This document shows, piece by piece, positions 19,582-30,220 of a stretch of DNA of 37,782 nucleotides (position 1 is its first letter; each line of letters begins with the position of its first letter). Under the pieces are notes generated by a model, which ran no database searches, was not told the origin of the DNA, and worked only from the letters and a program-made list of their open reading frames with translations. Both the position numbers and the translations under genes were made by a program. Source of the stretch: Promethearchaeota archaeon (GTDB taxonomy: Archaea > Asgardarchaeota > Lokiarchaeia > Sigyniarchaeales > SOKP01). Where the stretch lies: positions 1 through 37,782 of the forward strand of contig JAGXNO010000037.1 of assembly GCA_019894975.1 (NCBI GenBank), given 5' to 3'.

Positions 19582-20289
19582 ATGGCAAATGCATTATATA
19601 TGAACGATTCCTACCTTAAAAGTTGGGAAGCAAAAGTAGTTGCTGTTAAAGATGACAAATATATTACACTAGACAATACAGCCTTTTATCCTAAGGGGGG
19701 CGGTCAACCCTGGGATGAAGGTTTTATCACTAAAGATCAGGAAAAATTTAGGATTGTTTATGTTGGTAAATTTTCAGGAGAGATCAGTCATGAAGTCGAT
19801 AAGCCAGGCTTAAAAATTGGTGATACTGTCTCTTGTGAACTTGATTGGGAACGTAGATATATATTTATGCGGTATCACACCGCATCTCATCTCATCTCTA
19901 ACATACTTTATAATGACGCTGACGCTAAGATCACTGGTAATCAAATCGAGATGGAAAAAACAAGAATGGATTTTTCTATGACTGATTATTCCCCCGAAAA
20001 ATTAAATGCTTTTGTAGACAAAGCCAACAATATAATAAACCAAGATCTTCCTATTACAATAGATTATATGACAAGACAAGAAGTCTTAGAAAAACCAGAA
20101 TTAGCTCGCTTAGCCGTTGGGTTACCTGAAAATATAAAAGAATTCCGTATTGTAAATATCGGGGATGTTGACAAACAAGTAGATGGTGGAACCCATGTTG
20201 ATCATCTAAAAGAAATTGGGACAATTGAGCTGACAAAAACAGTCAATAAAGGTAAAAATAACCGAAGAATGTATTTTATTCTCAAATAA
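19582..20289 (+). CDS. alaXM: Alanyl-tRNA editing protein AlaX-M
   Basis: TAFYPKGGGQPWD, MRYHTASH, RMDF, DGGTH and KGKNNRRMY; 235 aa. Confidence 0.92.
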   Translation: MANALYMNDSYLKSWEAKVVAVKDDKYITLDNTAFYPKGGGQPWDEGFITKDQEKFRIVYVGKFSGEISHEVDKPGLKIGDTVSCELDWERRYIFMRYHTASHLISNILYNDADAKITGNQIEMEKTRMDFSMTDYSPEKLNAFVDKANNIINQDLPITIDYMTRQEVLEKPELARLAVGLPENIKEFRIVNIGDVDKQVDGGTHVDHLKEIGTIELTKTVNKGKNNRRMYFILK

Positions 20290-20381
20290 TCTTTTATCAA
20301 ATCATATCTTCTTACAAAATTTTATATTATTGAATATCTAATCTTATTGTAAATATCACCCTCGAATATTTCTTCTATTCT

Positions 20382-20525
20382 ATGAATGAATCTGGAAAAA
20401 AATTTAGGTATAAAATTACAGTAGTAGGGGATGTAAGGGTTGGGAAGACGTCCCTGATTTCAAAATATACTTTAGGTACTTTTGAAATGGATTATGTTCC
20501 TTTCTATTTTGCTTTTTTTCTTTAA
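20382..20525 (+). pseudogene. N-terminal fragment of a Rab/Ras-like small GTPase
   Basis: MNESGKKFRYKITVVGDVRVGKTSLISKYTLGTFEMDYVP then T-rich codons and a stop; G1 P-loop intact, homology ends just before the G2 Thr. Confidence 0.8.
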
Positions 20526-20643
20526 TATCTTTACATAAAAAAAATATAACATTTATTACTTGATAAAATCTAATTAGTCTATTACAATTTTTTTTGGATT
20601 TTTAAAAAGCTATTGAATTTTATGTAAACTGAGGGATTTTAAT

Positions 20644-22473
20644 ATGTTGGAAACTCCAGATCAAAAAAAATCAAATCTTATAGATGTTAAGGAATTTGGT
20701 AAACGATTTCAAGAATTTATGAAGAAATATGGTAAAATCTTGCAAGAAGCGCTAGCACTTCCTCCAGTCAGAAACACCTCATGGGGTACCTACGTAGAGG
20801 ATAATGCAAATCAATATCCAAACAATACTGCAATTAAATTTGAAGATATTTCGTTAACGTACAAGCAGTTTAATGAAATAGTTAATCAATATGCAAACTA
20901 CTTCATCTCTCTGGGATTGAAAAAAGGAGATATTGCTAAAGTCCTAATAAAGAATCGTGTAGAATATTTACTTGTATATACTGCAAATGCTAAAATTGGA
21001 GTAATTTCCTCCTTAATAAATACTGATTTGCGTCAAAAAACTTTAATCCATTGTTTAAACCTAACCCCTGGTAAAATTGTAATAGTAGGTGAAGAATGTT
21101 ATGATGCGTTCAATAAGGTTAAGTCTGAACTCAATTTAACAGACTCTTTAAAATTCTGTTTTATACCTGATTATAGAGAAATTGATATTCCTGAAGAATT
21201 CATTGATCTCCCTACAATTGTTAAAGATTTTCCTAAAGAAAATCCATCAACTACGACTGATGTACTCAACACTGATGTTCTCGCTTATCTATTTACTTCA
21301 GGAACTACTGGTTTACCCAAAGCCGCTCGTTTAACTCACCAAAGAGTTATAAGTCCTGGTTTTGCTTTTGCAAACCTATTTGCGGATCTTACTTCTGAGG
21401 ATACTATATATATACCACTACCCTTTTTTCATGGTACAGCTATTATGACGGGGTGGTCATCTATTTTGATGAATGGTGGAGCTTTAGCAATAGCCCGCAA
21501 ATTTAGCACTTCTCATTTTTGGGATGATTGTCGTAAATATAATGCAACAGCTTTTAATTATGTTGGAGAATTATGCCGATATTTAATAAATGTACCTCCT
21601 AAACCTAATGATAAAGATAATTCTGTAAGAGCCATCATTGGTAATGGATTACGACCAGAAATATGGAATGAGTTTAAAGAAAGATTTGATATACCTCTGG
21701 TTGGTGAATTTTATGGATCATCTGAAGGTAATATTGGATTTCTTAATCTTTTAAATTTCGATTGTACCGTTGGATATTCATTCGGAACGTTTGCTCTTGT
21801 TGAATACGACGTTGATGAAGATAAGCCTATAAGAGATGAAAAAGGATTCATGAAGAAAGTTAAGCAGGGAGAAGTCGGTCTTCTTTTAGGTGAAAGTGAA
21901 GGACCTAATAAATTCGCAGGATACACAGATAAAAAAGCAACGGAAGCTAAATTATTTCGGAATGCATTCAAAGAAGGAGATGAATGGTTTAATACGGGAG
22001 ATTTAATGCGAGATCAGGGATGTAATCATGCTCAATTTATAGATCGTCTAGGGGATACTTTTCGATGGAAGGGACATAATGTATCTACGACTGAAGTAGA
22101 AGAAATCCTTAACATATTTGATCACGTTTCAATGTCTTCTGTTTATGGTATAAAAATCCCTAACACCGATGGAAGGGCAGGAATGGCAGCGATAGTGCCT
22201 GAATCCGATACCAAGAGTTTTGACTTTCAAAAATTAGGAAGTGTTTTAAATGAAAACCTTGCTCCATATGCCATTCCAATTTTCATTAGACTCAAATCAG
22301 ATTTAGTAACTACATATAGCTTAAAATTTAAGAAACTGAATCTTAAAAAGGAGGGATTTAATATAAACAGCATTGAAGATCCTATACATATCAAACTACC
22401 AGATAAAGCTGAATACGTTCCCTTAACTAAAGAAATCTATGGTAACATCAACAATCATAAATATAGCTTTTAG
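20644..22473 (+). CDS. Long-chain acyl-CoA synthetase, FATP/VLACS family
   Basis: YLFTSGTTGLPKA, YVGELCRYL, GNGLRP, EFYGSSEG, FNTGDL and DRLGDTFRWKGHNVSTTEVE. Confidence 0.93.
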   Translation: MLETPDQKKSNLIDVKEFGKRFQEFMKKYGKILQEALALPPVRNTSWGTYVEDNANQYPNNTAIKFEDISLTYKQFNEIVNQYANYFISLGLKKGDIAKVLIKNRVEYLLVYTANAKIGVISSLINTDLRQKTLIHCLNLTPGKIVIVGEECYDAFNKVKSELNLTDSLKFCFIPDYREIDIPEEFIDLPTIVKDFPKENPSTTTDVLNTDVLAYLFTSGTTGLPKAARLTHQRVISPGFAFANLFADLTSEDTIYIPLPFFHGTAIMTGWSSILMNGGALAIARKFSTSHFWDDCRKYNATAFNYVGELCRYLINVPPKPNDKDNSVRAIIGNGLRPEIWNEFKERFDIPLVGEFYGSSEGNIGFLNLLNFDCTVGYSFGTFALVEYDVDEDKPIRDEKGFMKKVKQGEVGLLLGESEGPNKFAGYTDKKATEAKLFRNAFKEGDEWFNTGDLMRDQGCNHAQFIDRLGDTFRWKGHNVSTTEVEEILNIFDHVSMSSVYGIKIPNTDGRAGMAAIVPESDTKSFDFQKLGSVLNENLAPYAIPIFIRLKSDLVTTYSLKFKKLNLKKEGFNINSIEDPIHIKLPDKAEYVPLTKEIYGNINNHKYSF

Positions 22474-22502
22474 AAAGAAATTGATTAATTTTTTTTGAAA
22501 AC

Positions 22503-23348
22503 TTATTCCATATCTTCTAAAACAGGCTCATCTTCGATAAATTCACAACTTAAACCTATTTTTTCAAAATATGTACATAACGCAATACATGCGAACTTTT
22601 CAGTTGAGTAATGGGTTCCACCTATTATATTAATTCCTTTCTCTTTTTCAAACTCATGTATTTTTTTACTGAAATCGTTCAGGACAGTTACACCAGTTAC
22701 ATATGTATTGATTCCCAAATCTACAATTTCCTCAATCCCTTCTAGATTATTGCCACCCCCGCCAACAACCGCAACTTTATGATTTAATATTTCTTCAGAA
22801 CCATAGTTCCATAGTTTCGTAGTATGTCCTACAACAGACTTTAATTTTTCAGCTAATTCCTCAGGAGTAGTTAATTTAGTTGTTCCAACAACGCCAACTT
22901 TGGCACCGAAATATTCGTAAAACTCACCTTCAATATCAAGTTCTAAAGCTTTAGCCAAACTTGTACCTGTAGAATACTTTCCATTTCTATCTAAGGGTAC
23001 GTGAATGCTGTAAATTGAAATTTTCTTTTGCTTTAATATAGGGAGGAGACTTTTGCTAATATTTTGGAAGATTGAAGGCTTTCTAATATCCCAAATCATT
23101 GGATGATGAGTAACTAAAAGGATATTTTCTTTACCTAACTCTAAAATCTGGTTTAAGACTTTATCACTTGGAAATACAGCAGTATACATAGTATCGATTT
23201 CTTGAGAGTTATCTAACATGAGCCCCATATAGCGTTTCTTAAAGTTATCACTAATATATTGATTGTAATCCATTTCCTTCCAATCATCTTTACATTTATC
23301 AAGCTCGAAATCAGAATCAAGCTTTTTGTATAATTTTTTTGCTTTCAT
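22503..23348 (-). CDS. Nif3-like dinuclear metal centre protein
   Basis: THHP, HVPLD, VGGGG and GTHYSTE motifs. Confidence 0.88.
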   Translation of the reverse strand: MKAKKLYKKLDSDFELDKCKDDWKEMDYNQYISDNFKKRYMGLMLDNSQEIDTMYTAVFPSDKVLNQILELGKENILLVTHHPMIWDIRKPSIFQNISKSLLPILKQKKISIYSIHVPLDRNGKYSTGTSLAKALELDIEGEFYEYFGAKVGVVGTTKLTTPEELAEKLKSVVGHTTKLWNYGSEEILNHKVAVVGGGGNNLEGIEEIVDLGINTYVTGVTVLNDFSKKIHEFEKEKGINIIGGTHYSTEKFACIALCTYFEKIGLSCEFIEDEPVLEDME

Positions 23349-23448
23349 TGTATATTCTCATAACTATTTTTACATTCATTTTAAAATAAAATGTAACTCA
23401 ATTTTAATATATTCATTCGTAATGCAATACTAATCATAAGTGGATTTT

Positions 23449-23880
23449 ATGTCAACAAACGAGAATAAAAAGGAAATTGAGGAAATAGTTAACCGAGAGA
23501 CAAGAGCTTGGGATACAAAAGATGTTGATCTCCTAATGACTATTTTTCATCCTGATATGGTGTGGCCATGGCCCAAGACACCACAGTCCCATGATCCAAT
23601 GGATTGGGTTTTAGAATGGGGAAGATATAATTACGACCGTTGGAGGGATGGTTGGTTAGAGCTTTTCAACACTCATGAGCTCGCACATAATGTAAGGAAA
23701 ATTAAAAAAATCGAAATCTCAACACAAGGTGATGGCGCATTTGCTGTAGTAGATATAGATACTTTATGGATCGATTCCAAAGGAAAAAAAAATCATTGGA
23801 AAGGTCGAGTTTGTAAAGTATATACAAAGGTTGAAAATGATTGGAAATTAATAATGCATACAGGAGTTCTTGAGTATTAA
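23449..23880 (+). CDS. SnoaL/NTF2-like (DUF4440-type) protein
   Basis: AWDTKDVDLLMTIFHPD and VYTKVENDWKLIMH NTF2-fold pattern. Confidence 0.8.
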   Translation: MSTNENKKEIEEIVNRETRAWDTKDVDLLMTIFHPDMVWPWPKTPQSHDPMDWVLEWGRYNYDRWRDGWLELFNTHELAHNVRKIKKIEISTQGDGAFAVVDIDTLWIDSKGKKNHWKGRVCKVYTKVENDWKLIMHTGVLEY

Positions 23881-23897
23881 TTTAAACCCAATTAATA

Positions 23898-24842
23898 TTA
23901 TATATTAAAACCATCATCAAAATCATCAGATTCCTCAAGTTCAAATCGTTCTTTTTCCTCTTCTTTTTTCTCTTTTTTAAGTTCTTTTCGTTCCTTATAA
24001 GTAAGTTCATCATATCGTTTCACATATATTTCTTCATACCTTTCTCTCAATGCTTCAATATCTTCTACTTGACCTAATTTATCTTCAAGCCCATCTTCAA
24101 AGAAATAATTCTTTTTGAATTTTTTAGCAGGAATACCGACATAGATCCACTCCTTTTCTAGAACTTGCCCAACGGTTGTTACCGAGTTTGCTGCTAATAT
24201 ACAATTATGCCCAATATGAGTACCAGGCATAACTATTGAGTGTGACCCAATTCTCACCCCATCCTCGATAGTAGTTTTCCTCATTATTAAAAGATTTCCA
24301 ATGATGCAAGATGATTGTACAATTGCTCCTTGACCGACTACAACATCCTTCCCAAATTCAATCATTTCTGTATCAACCCAACCTTCGAATAGTGAATTTG
24401 AAATTTTAGTTTTTACCCCAAATGCTTTAAAGCAAATATTATCTAAAATTCCTGGGAAGGGGAATCTATGTGCAAGCCAAACAGGCCATTTCTTAATCGT
24501 ATTGCGAAGACTCCAATAGCGATAGTCTCTATCCGCTTTAACTCTTAAGAATACTCCTTCCCGGGGTTTATAAATTGCATTAATTATCATCAATAATATT
24601 TTGGTAAAAAATATTGCAGCAAATACAATTGTTACATACATTAGAATAGCTAAAAGTGGAAGATATGTATAAAAATGAACTGGTCGAGGGTCGATTGGCA
24701 AAAGTTGCCAATAAACCCAAAGTTCTAATAGAAGTGGTATAATGCTTGCCCAAATAAGTAGAAAATATAAAATCAAATAGCTCTTTTTTGCTAAAACTGA
24801 CGCTGTAAAAGGTCCTATACGCATTGTGTTTGGAATACTCAT
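23898..24842 (-). CDS. Membrane LbH acyltransferase-like protein, module type C
   Basis: 2 TM helices, KPREGVF..DYRYWSLR, then hexapeptide repeats (IGSHSIVMPGTHIG, WIYVGIPA); ATGA overlap with the upstream gene. Confidence 0.8.
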   Translation of the reverse strand: MSIPNTMRIGPFTASVLAKKSYLILYFLLIWASIIPLLLELWVYWQLLPIDPRPVHFYTYLPLLAILMYVTIVFAAIFFTKILLMIINAIYKPREGVFLRVKADRDYRYWSLRNTIKKWPVWLAHRFPFPGILDNICFKAFGVKTKISNSLFEGWVDTEMIEFGKDVVVGQGAIVQSSCIIGNLLIMRKTTIEDGVRIGSHSIVMPGTHIGHNCILAANSVTTVGQVLEKEWIYVGIPAKKFKKNYFFEDGLEDKLGQVEDIEALRERYEEIYVKRYDELTYKERKELKKEKKEEEKERFELEESDDFDDGFNI

Positions 24843-26704
24843 TTTTTCTCATCCTCTTTTTCTGAATTAAATAACTCTTTTTTATCCTTATCTATATTTA
24901 CTTCATGTTCCATCTCATATTTTTTTGCCCCATCTACATCACGCTTTAATATAACATCTCTCCTTTCTTCTGCATATTTATTTTCCTTCAATTTAATTGC
25001 TGGATAACCAAAGTATACCCACATTGGTTCTAATATTTGATTTACTGTTGTCGAAGAAAGTGCCCCTATAACAGTTTCTTTTCCAATTATTGTCCCTGGA
25101 GCAATAGTTGTAGCACCACCAACCATTATATAATCTTCACATACAACTCTCTTTATAATTAAATATTTTCCTACAACCATTGAAGACATTATGGTTGCGC
25201 CCTGACCAATTAAATTTTTCCTCCCAAATGTAATGAATTCAGCATCACACCATGCATCATTAAGATGGCTGGAAGAATCCATATCAACACCAAATAATTT
25301 CAAAGCGACTAAATCGGTCCAAGGAAGAGGAGAATTATGCATAAACCATAGAGCTATTTTCTTTATTTCAGTTCTCAACATCCAGAACTCGAAATCTTTA
25401 TCCCCAATTTCTGCTTTAAAAATCCCTTCTTTTGGTTTATGTATTAGATTTACAAAAATTAAAAATAATTTACTGAAAAGAATACAAGCTAGAATAAATA
25501 AGTAAATAGAACTGATTATTGCAATAGGAAGAAAAGATAATATAAACACCCAATTTTTATCCTCCAAATACCAATACCAAAGTATTGAGACTATTAATCC
25601 TGCTAACCAGAAAATTGGCAAGTAAACTGCCAAAAACTTTATATTAACTCTACTTATAGCAGAACTTGTAGTGAAATCGAGAGCTAAATCATCAGTTGTT
25701 AATCTTTCAATATCAATTTTTTCTTCTTCTAAATCCTCGATTTTTTGTTCTATTTCTACTGGTTCATCAGAAACATTTTTCGAAAACTCTTCTGCTTTTA
25801 ACCTTTTTAAAAGTTTTTTATCTTTATATCCTTCAATGTTTTCATTCTTTTCCAAATCCTTTGGAGTTAATCCTAAATAGAGCATGATTTTCTTTCTAAA
25901 TATTTTTCTCATAGGTATTCCCCAATAATAGTTGTTGCCTTTGATAATACTATGTTTACTTGTAGAGGCTAATGGTAGAAAATAAGATTCATTCATTACT
26001 TCTGATCCTGGGCCAATTCCCGTCATGGCAGCTCCAGTTACGTTATCACCGATATTAATTTTAAAATAGATAATATTTCCAAAAACCCCTTGAACTAAAT
26101 GGCTAGCTAAGGCAGTATTGACACCTATATAACAATTTGATCCTATTTCAACAAATTTATCATTAACTAATGATTCTTCTAAAGTTGAACCCTTTCCAAT
26201 CTTACTAGAACCCACAAAATTGAAAAACCAATTGCTTAACCATGAAAAAGCACCTTTCACAAAGCTATTTTTTCCATATTTGATCATAAAACTTCTTATA
26301 TGATAATAATTTGCTGTTCTACTACGAATATTTCGAGGAATTAATCCAGATTTCGAGGGAGACATCTTTTCAGTAAATTTCCAGAAAAATCGCGTGAATA
26401 AACCTACCAAAAATAAATGAAGTAAATAACATCCAATAAGTACTAAGGGCATTGAAAGAAAAGTAACTAATGGTCTGGCTTGTATAAAAATATCCAGAAA
26501 ATTAGTAGTTTCTAAAACAAATGGATAGAAAAATTTAAGAAGATACACGAAAAAGAAAATGCCAGGAATTACCCATGAGGAATAAAAAATACACATAAAT
26601 ATCAAAATATATAAGTGAAACTGAAGATTTACATCTTCTTTAACAACTTCATTCTGATTAGGGGGGGGGTCAATATCTTCAGATTCTTCACTCATTTGTA
26701 CCAA
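24839..26704 (-). CDS. Membrane LbH acyltransferase-like protein, fused modules A+B
   Basis: Two TM-hairpin + hexapeptide units; the halves match 34579..35499 and 33686..34582. Confidence 0.8.
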   Translation of the reverse strand: MVQMSEESEDIDPPPNQNEVVKEDVNLQFHLYILIFMCIFYSSWVIPGIFFFVYLLKFFYPFVLETTNFLDIFIQARPLVTFLSMPLVLIGCYLLHLFLVGLFTRFFWKFTEKMSPSKSGLIPRNIRSRTANYYHIRSFMIKYGKNSFVKGAFSWLSNWFFNFVGSSKIGKGSTLEESLVNDKFVEIGSNCYIGVNTALASHLVQGVFGNIIYFKINIGDNVTGAAMTGIGPGSEVMNESYFLPLASTSKHSIIKGNNYYWGIPMRKIFRKKIMLYLGLTPKDLEKNENIEGYKDKKLLKRLKAEEFSKNVSDEPVEIEQKIEDLEEEKIDIERLTTDDLALDFTTSSAISRVNIKFLAVYLPIFWLAGLIVSILWYWYLEDKNWVFILSFLPIAIISSIYLFILACILFSKLFLIFVNLIHKPKEGIFKAEIGDKDFEFWMLRTEIKKIALWFMHNSPLPWTDLVALKLFGVDMDSSSHLNDAWCDAEFITFGRKNLIGQGATIMSSMVVGKYLIIKRVVCEDYIMVGGATTIAPGTIIGKETVIGALSSTTVNQILEPMWVYFGYPAIKLKENKYAEERRDVILKRDVDGAKKYEMEHEVNIDKDKKELFNSEKEDEKK

Positions 26705-26834
26705 TTCATCTTAGTTTAAAGCATTATACAATAAATTTTATTCAATTAAAAAGCAATTGATACTTATAATACTTTAATAGATATTTTCGGTTCCTTTTAA
26801 ATTTATGAATCTCAGTTAAATAAACGAATTTCGC

Positions 26835-27230
26835 ATGAAAAATAGATGTAAAGACTGTGGAAAATGCTGTTTAGAGACAGAAATGATTCTCTCTCAAAAT
26901 GATATTAACTCAATAACACACAATCATCAAAGTAATATTAAGGTGAAGGAATTTGCTTTTATGAATAATTCTAAGCAATATCAATTGAAAAATAAAAAGG
27001 GGCATTGCGTATTTTTAGAGTCATCCTTAAAGATTTGCACGATTTATCAATATCGACCTCAAGGTTGTAAATTTTATCCTTTGATTTTTGATTTAAATCG
27101 CAACATCTGCAAATTTGATGAAGATTGCCCTAGAACAATTCTCTTCTACAAGAATAAGGAAAAATTAAGGACAACTTGTAAAAAATTAAAGCGATACTTG
27201 AAAATAGAGCTAGCAATAAAGATTAAATAG
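26835..27230 (+). CDS. YkgJ-family cysteine-cluster protein (CxxCxxCC)
   Basis: CKDCGKCC, CVFL and CTIYQYRPQGCKFYP. Confidence 0.88.
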   Translation: MKNRCKDCGKCCLETEMILSQNDINSITHNHQSNIKVKEFAFMNNSKQYQLKNKKGHCVFLESSLKICTIYQYRPQGCKFYPLIFDLNRNICKFDEDCPRTILFYKNKEKLRTTCKKLKRYLKIELAIKIK

Positions 27231-27246
27231 AATAAGTCAGGTATCA

Positions 27247-29076
27247 TTATACTAAATCTTTTTTATCTTCATCTACATTAACCTCATGTTCTACTTCAAA
27301 CTTTTTCTCTTCATCAACATCTCTCATCATGAGGATTTCTCTCTGTAAATCAGCATACTTATTCTCTTTTAGTTTTATAACAGGAACTCCAAAATAAATC
27401 CATCCCGGTTCAATAATTTGGTTATAAGTGGTTGTACTAATTGCACCTATGACAGAATCCTTACCAACTATCGTTCCGGGTGCTATAGTTGCTTCACCGC
27501 CAATGACAGCATAATCACCTATTATAACATCTTTTATCAATAAGTATTTTCCTATAACCATTGATGACATAACAGTCGCACCCTGTCCAATAATAACTTT
27601 ATCCCCCAATGTAATAAACTCACTATCACACCATGAATCCCACATCGTACTCGAAAGTGTCATTTTTATTCCAAACCACTTAAAAGCTATTATATCCATC
27701 CAAGGGAGAGGCCAGTTACGTATCAGCCATAGAACAATCTTCTTCAGTTCAGTTCGTAAGCACCAGAACTCGAAATCTTTATCTCCTAATTCTGCTTTAA
27801 ATATTCCCTGTTTCGGTTTATGGATAAGGTTGATTAATATTAAAAATAATTTACTAAAAAATAAACTAGCCATTATAAAGATAAACCACATCAGAAAGAC
27901 CATCAACCCCAAGAAAAATGCAAGGATGTACCATATTTTGACATAATAGGTAAATGTATAAAACATTATAGTCACTACCATACCAGAAAGCCAGAAAATA
28001 GGAATATAAACGGCTAAAAATTTAATATTTACTCTTGAAATTGCACTGCTTGTGGTAAAATCAACTGCCAGATCTTCTTTTGTTAAGGTGTTGATATCAA
28101 TTTTATCAGTATCAGAATTTACAATTATTTGTTCTTGCGTGGGGTGTTCTTTAGAGATTATAAAAGATTCTTTAGATTTTGAATTTGGTAATGAGGAATT
28201 ATCTCTATAGCCTTCAATATTTTTGTTTTTCTCCAAATCTTCAATTGATATATCTAATAGTTCCATAGTTTTTTTTCTGAAAATTTTCCTTAATGGCAGG
28301 CCCCAATAGTAATTATTTCCTTTTAATACACTATGTTTAGTAGCTGAAGCTAATGGAAGTAAGTAAGCATTATCACTGACTTCTGTTCCAGGACCAAGTA
28401 TGTTCATACCAGCTGCTGTAAAATTATCTCCTACTTTTACCTTAAAATACGAAATATTGCCAAAAACTCCCTCAACTGCATGACTAGCTAAAGATGTGTT
28501 TGCTCCAACATAACAGTTCTTTCCCACTTCAATAAATTTATCGTTACTTGGAGACTCCTCGAATGTTGTACCCTTTCCGATTTTGCTTGCCCCGATAAAG
28601 GTGGAAAACCAATTATTTAACCACGGAAAAATTCCTTTCATATATACATTCTTCCCTTGCTTAATCAAAAAAGATCTGATGTGATAATACTTTAAAGTCT
28701 TGCTTTGAAAATTTCTTGGTATTATTCCATCTTTGGTTGGAGACTTTTTTTCACTATTAATCCAGAAAAGACGAGTAATAATTCCTACAAGAAATAATCG
28801 GATAAGATAGCAGCCAATAAGGACCAAGGGCATAGTTGTAAATGCTACTACTGGTTTAAATTTAGTAAATAATTCTATGAAATTAGTAATTTCTAAGAAA
28901 TTTGGTAAGAAAAAAAAAATCATATACCCTATAAAAAAAAGGGCAGGGATAAGTAATGAACCCAAGTAAATAGTGAAAAGCATAACGAGGTAACTAAAAT
29001 ATTGAAACTTAATTTCTTCTTTTATAGTTTCATTCTTTGACCCAATTTCACTTGATGTAATCTCAGTTTCTACCAT
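27247..29076 (-). CDS. Membrane LbH acyltransferase-like protein, fused modules A+B (second copy)
   Basis: Colinear with 24839..26704 (DFTTSSAISRVNIKFLAVY, GDKDFEFW, ASHAVEG). Confidence 0.8.
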   Translation of the reverse strand: MVETEITSSEIGSKNETIKEEIKFQYFSYLVMLFTIYLGSLLIPALFFIGYMIFFFLPNFLEITNFIELFTKFKPVVAFTTMPLVLIGCYLIRLFLVGIITRLFWINSEKKSPTKDGIIPRNFQSKTLKYYHIRSFLIKQGKNVYMKGIFPWLNNWFSTFIGASKIGKGTTFEESPSNDKFIEVGKNCYVGANTSLASHAVEGVFGNISYFKVKVGDNFTAAGMNILGPGTEVSDNAYLLPLASATKHSVLKGNNYYWGLPLRKIFRKKTMELLDISIEDLEKNKNIEGYRDNSSLPNSKSKESFIISKEHPTQEQIIVNSDTDKIDINTLTKEDLAVDFTTSSAISRVNIKFLAVYIPIFWLSGMVVTIMFYTFTYYVKIWYILAFFLGLMVFLMWFIFIMASLFFSKLFLILINLIHKPKQGIFKAELGDKDFEFWCLRTELKKIVLWLIRNWPLPWMDIIAFKWFGIKMTLSSTMWDSWCDSEFITLGDKVIIGQGATVMSSMVIGKYLLIKDVIIGDYAVIGGEATIAPGTIVGKDSVIGAISTTTYNQIIEPGWIYFGVPVIKLKENKYADLQREILMMRDVDEEKKFEVEHEVNVDEDKKDLV

Positions 29077-29212
29077 AGCGGATTAGAATTTTGAGAGTTT
29101 TTTAATGATTTTTATGATATAATTAATAAATAAGAACCTTTCTCTAAAAAATTCGATGATTAGAATAAATGATCCTCAAACAAATAAAAAGAACCAAAAA
29201 ATTGAATGAATT

Positions 29213-30220
29213 TTAAATGTGGATAATAGTTTTAATGTGGTGATGAATTTCTTCAAAAGAGCTAACAGCTTTTTCGATATCTTCTAGTTTATATTTTTTA
29301 GAGATTAATTTATCGACTTTTACCTTTCCAGAGGTTAATCCATCAATAGCCTTGTCAAAAGGTCCACATCTACTACTATAAATTGTTAATTCACGAATAA
29401 CAACATCAGTCAAGTCTATAGGTGTATCAATACCATGAGTGCTTTTTATATGAATCTTCCCTCGAGTTCTACAGGAGGCAATTACATTTTTTAAGGCTAA
29501 AGGATTACCTGTAGTATCTACTACTATATCTGCACCTAACCCATTTGTTAGACCTTTAATTTTATTTGGGATATTTGGTCCTTCAAATCTATTTAAAGGA
29601 TAGTGAGCTCCAAATTTCTTAGCTAATGCTACTTTTTTATGAGAACCATCTACAGCAAATATTTTTAATCCTTTTGACAATGCAACTTGTGTCAACAATA
29701 ATCCTAATTTACCGAGTCCAAATATTGCCATCGTTCTATCATTTTGATCTAATGGCATTACCTCAAACGTCTGATATGCTGCTGCTAAAGGCTCAATAAA
29801 TGTGGCATCATCATACGATAATGAATCCGGTATTTCATGAAGCATGTAAGAATCAACTGCTATATATTCAGCTAAAGCTCCATCAATATCAATTCCTAAT
29901 GCTTTTCTGGATACACATTGCGAGTGATTGTCCTGTTTACAATAATAACATTTAAAATCAATATTGCTATTAATTTCTGAAGTAACTCTTTTATTTAACC
30001 ATTCTTGATTAACTTCACTCCCTACTTTAATTACATCGCCAGCAAATTCATGACCAAGAATAAGTGGGGTGGGTGTAGGTAAAGTTTTGTTTATAATAGC
30101 TAAGTCTGTCCCACATATCCCCACAGACTTGACACGAATCAATACTTGAGATTCATTAATTTTAGGATCTTTTACGGTTTTAACTGTTAGATTTTTTCCA
30201 TCAAATACAGCAGCTTTCAT
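29213..30220 (-). CDS. Zinc-dependent medium-chain alcohol dehydrogenase
   Basis: GICGTD, LGHE, DxxCxxC..C structural site, IEPLA and GLGKLG. Confidence 0.92.
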   Translation of the reverse strand: MKAAVFDGKNLTVKTVKDPKINESQVLIRVKSVGICGTDLAIINKTLPTPTPLILGHEFAGDVIKVGSEVNQEWLNKRVTSEINSNIDFKCYYCKQDNHSQCVSRKALGIDIDGALAEYIAVDSYMLHEIPDSLSYDDATFIEPLAAAYQTFEVMPLDQNDRTMAIFGLGKLGLLLTQVALSKGLKIFAVDGSHKKVALAKKFGAHYPLNRFEGPNIPNKIKGLTNGLGADIVVDTTGNPLALKNVIASCRTRGKIHIKSTHGIDTPIDLTDVVIRELTIYSSRCGPFDKAIDGLTSGKVKVDKLISKKYKLEDIEKAVSSFEEIHHHIKTIIHI

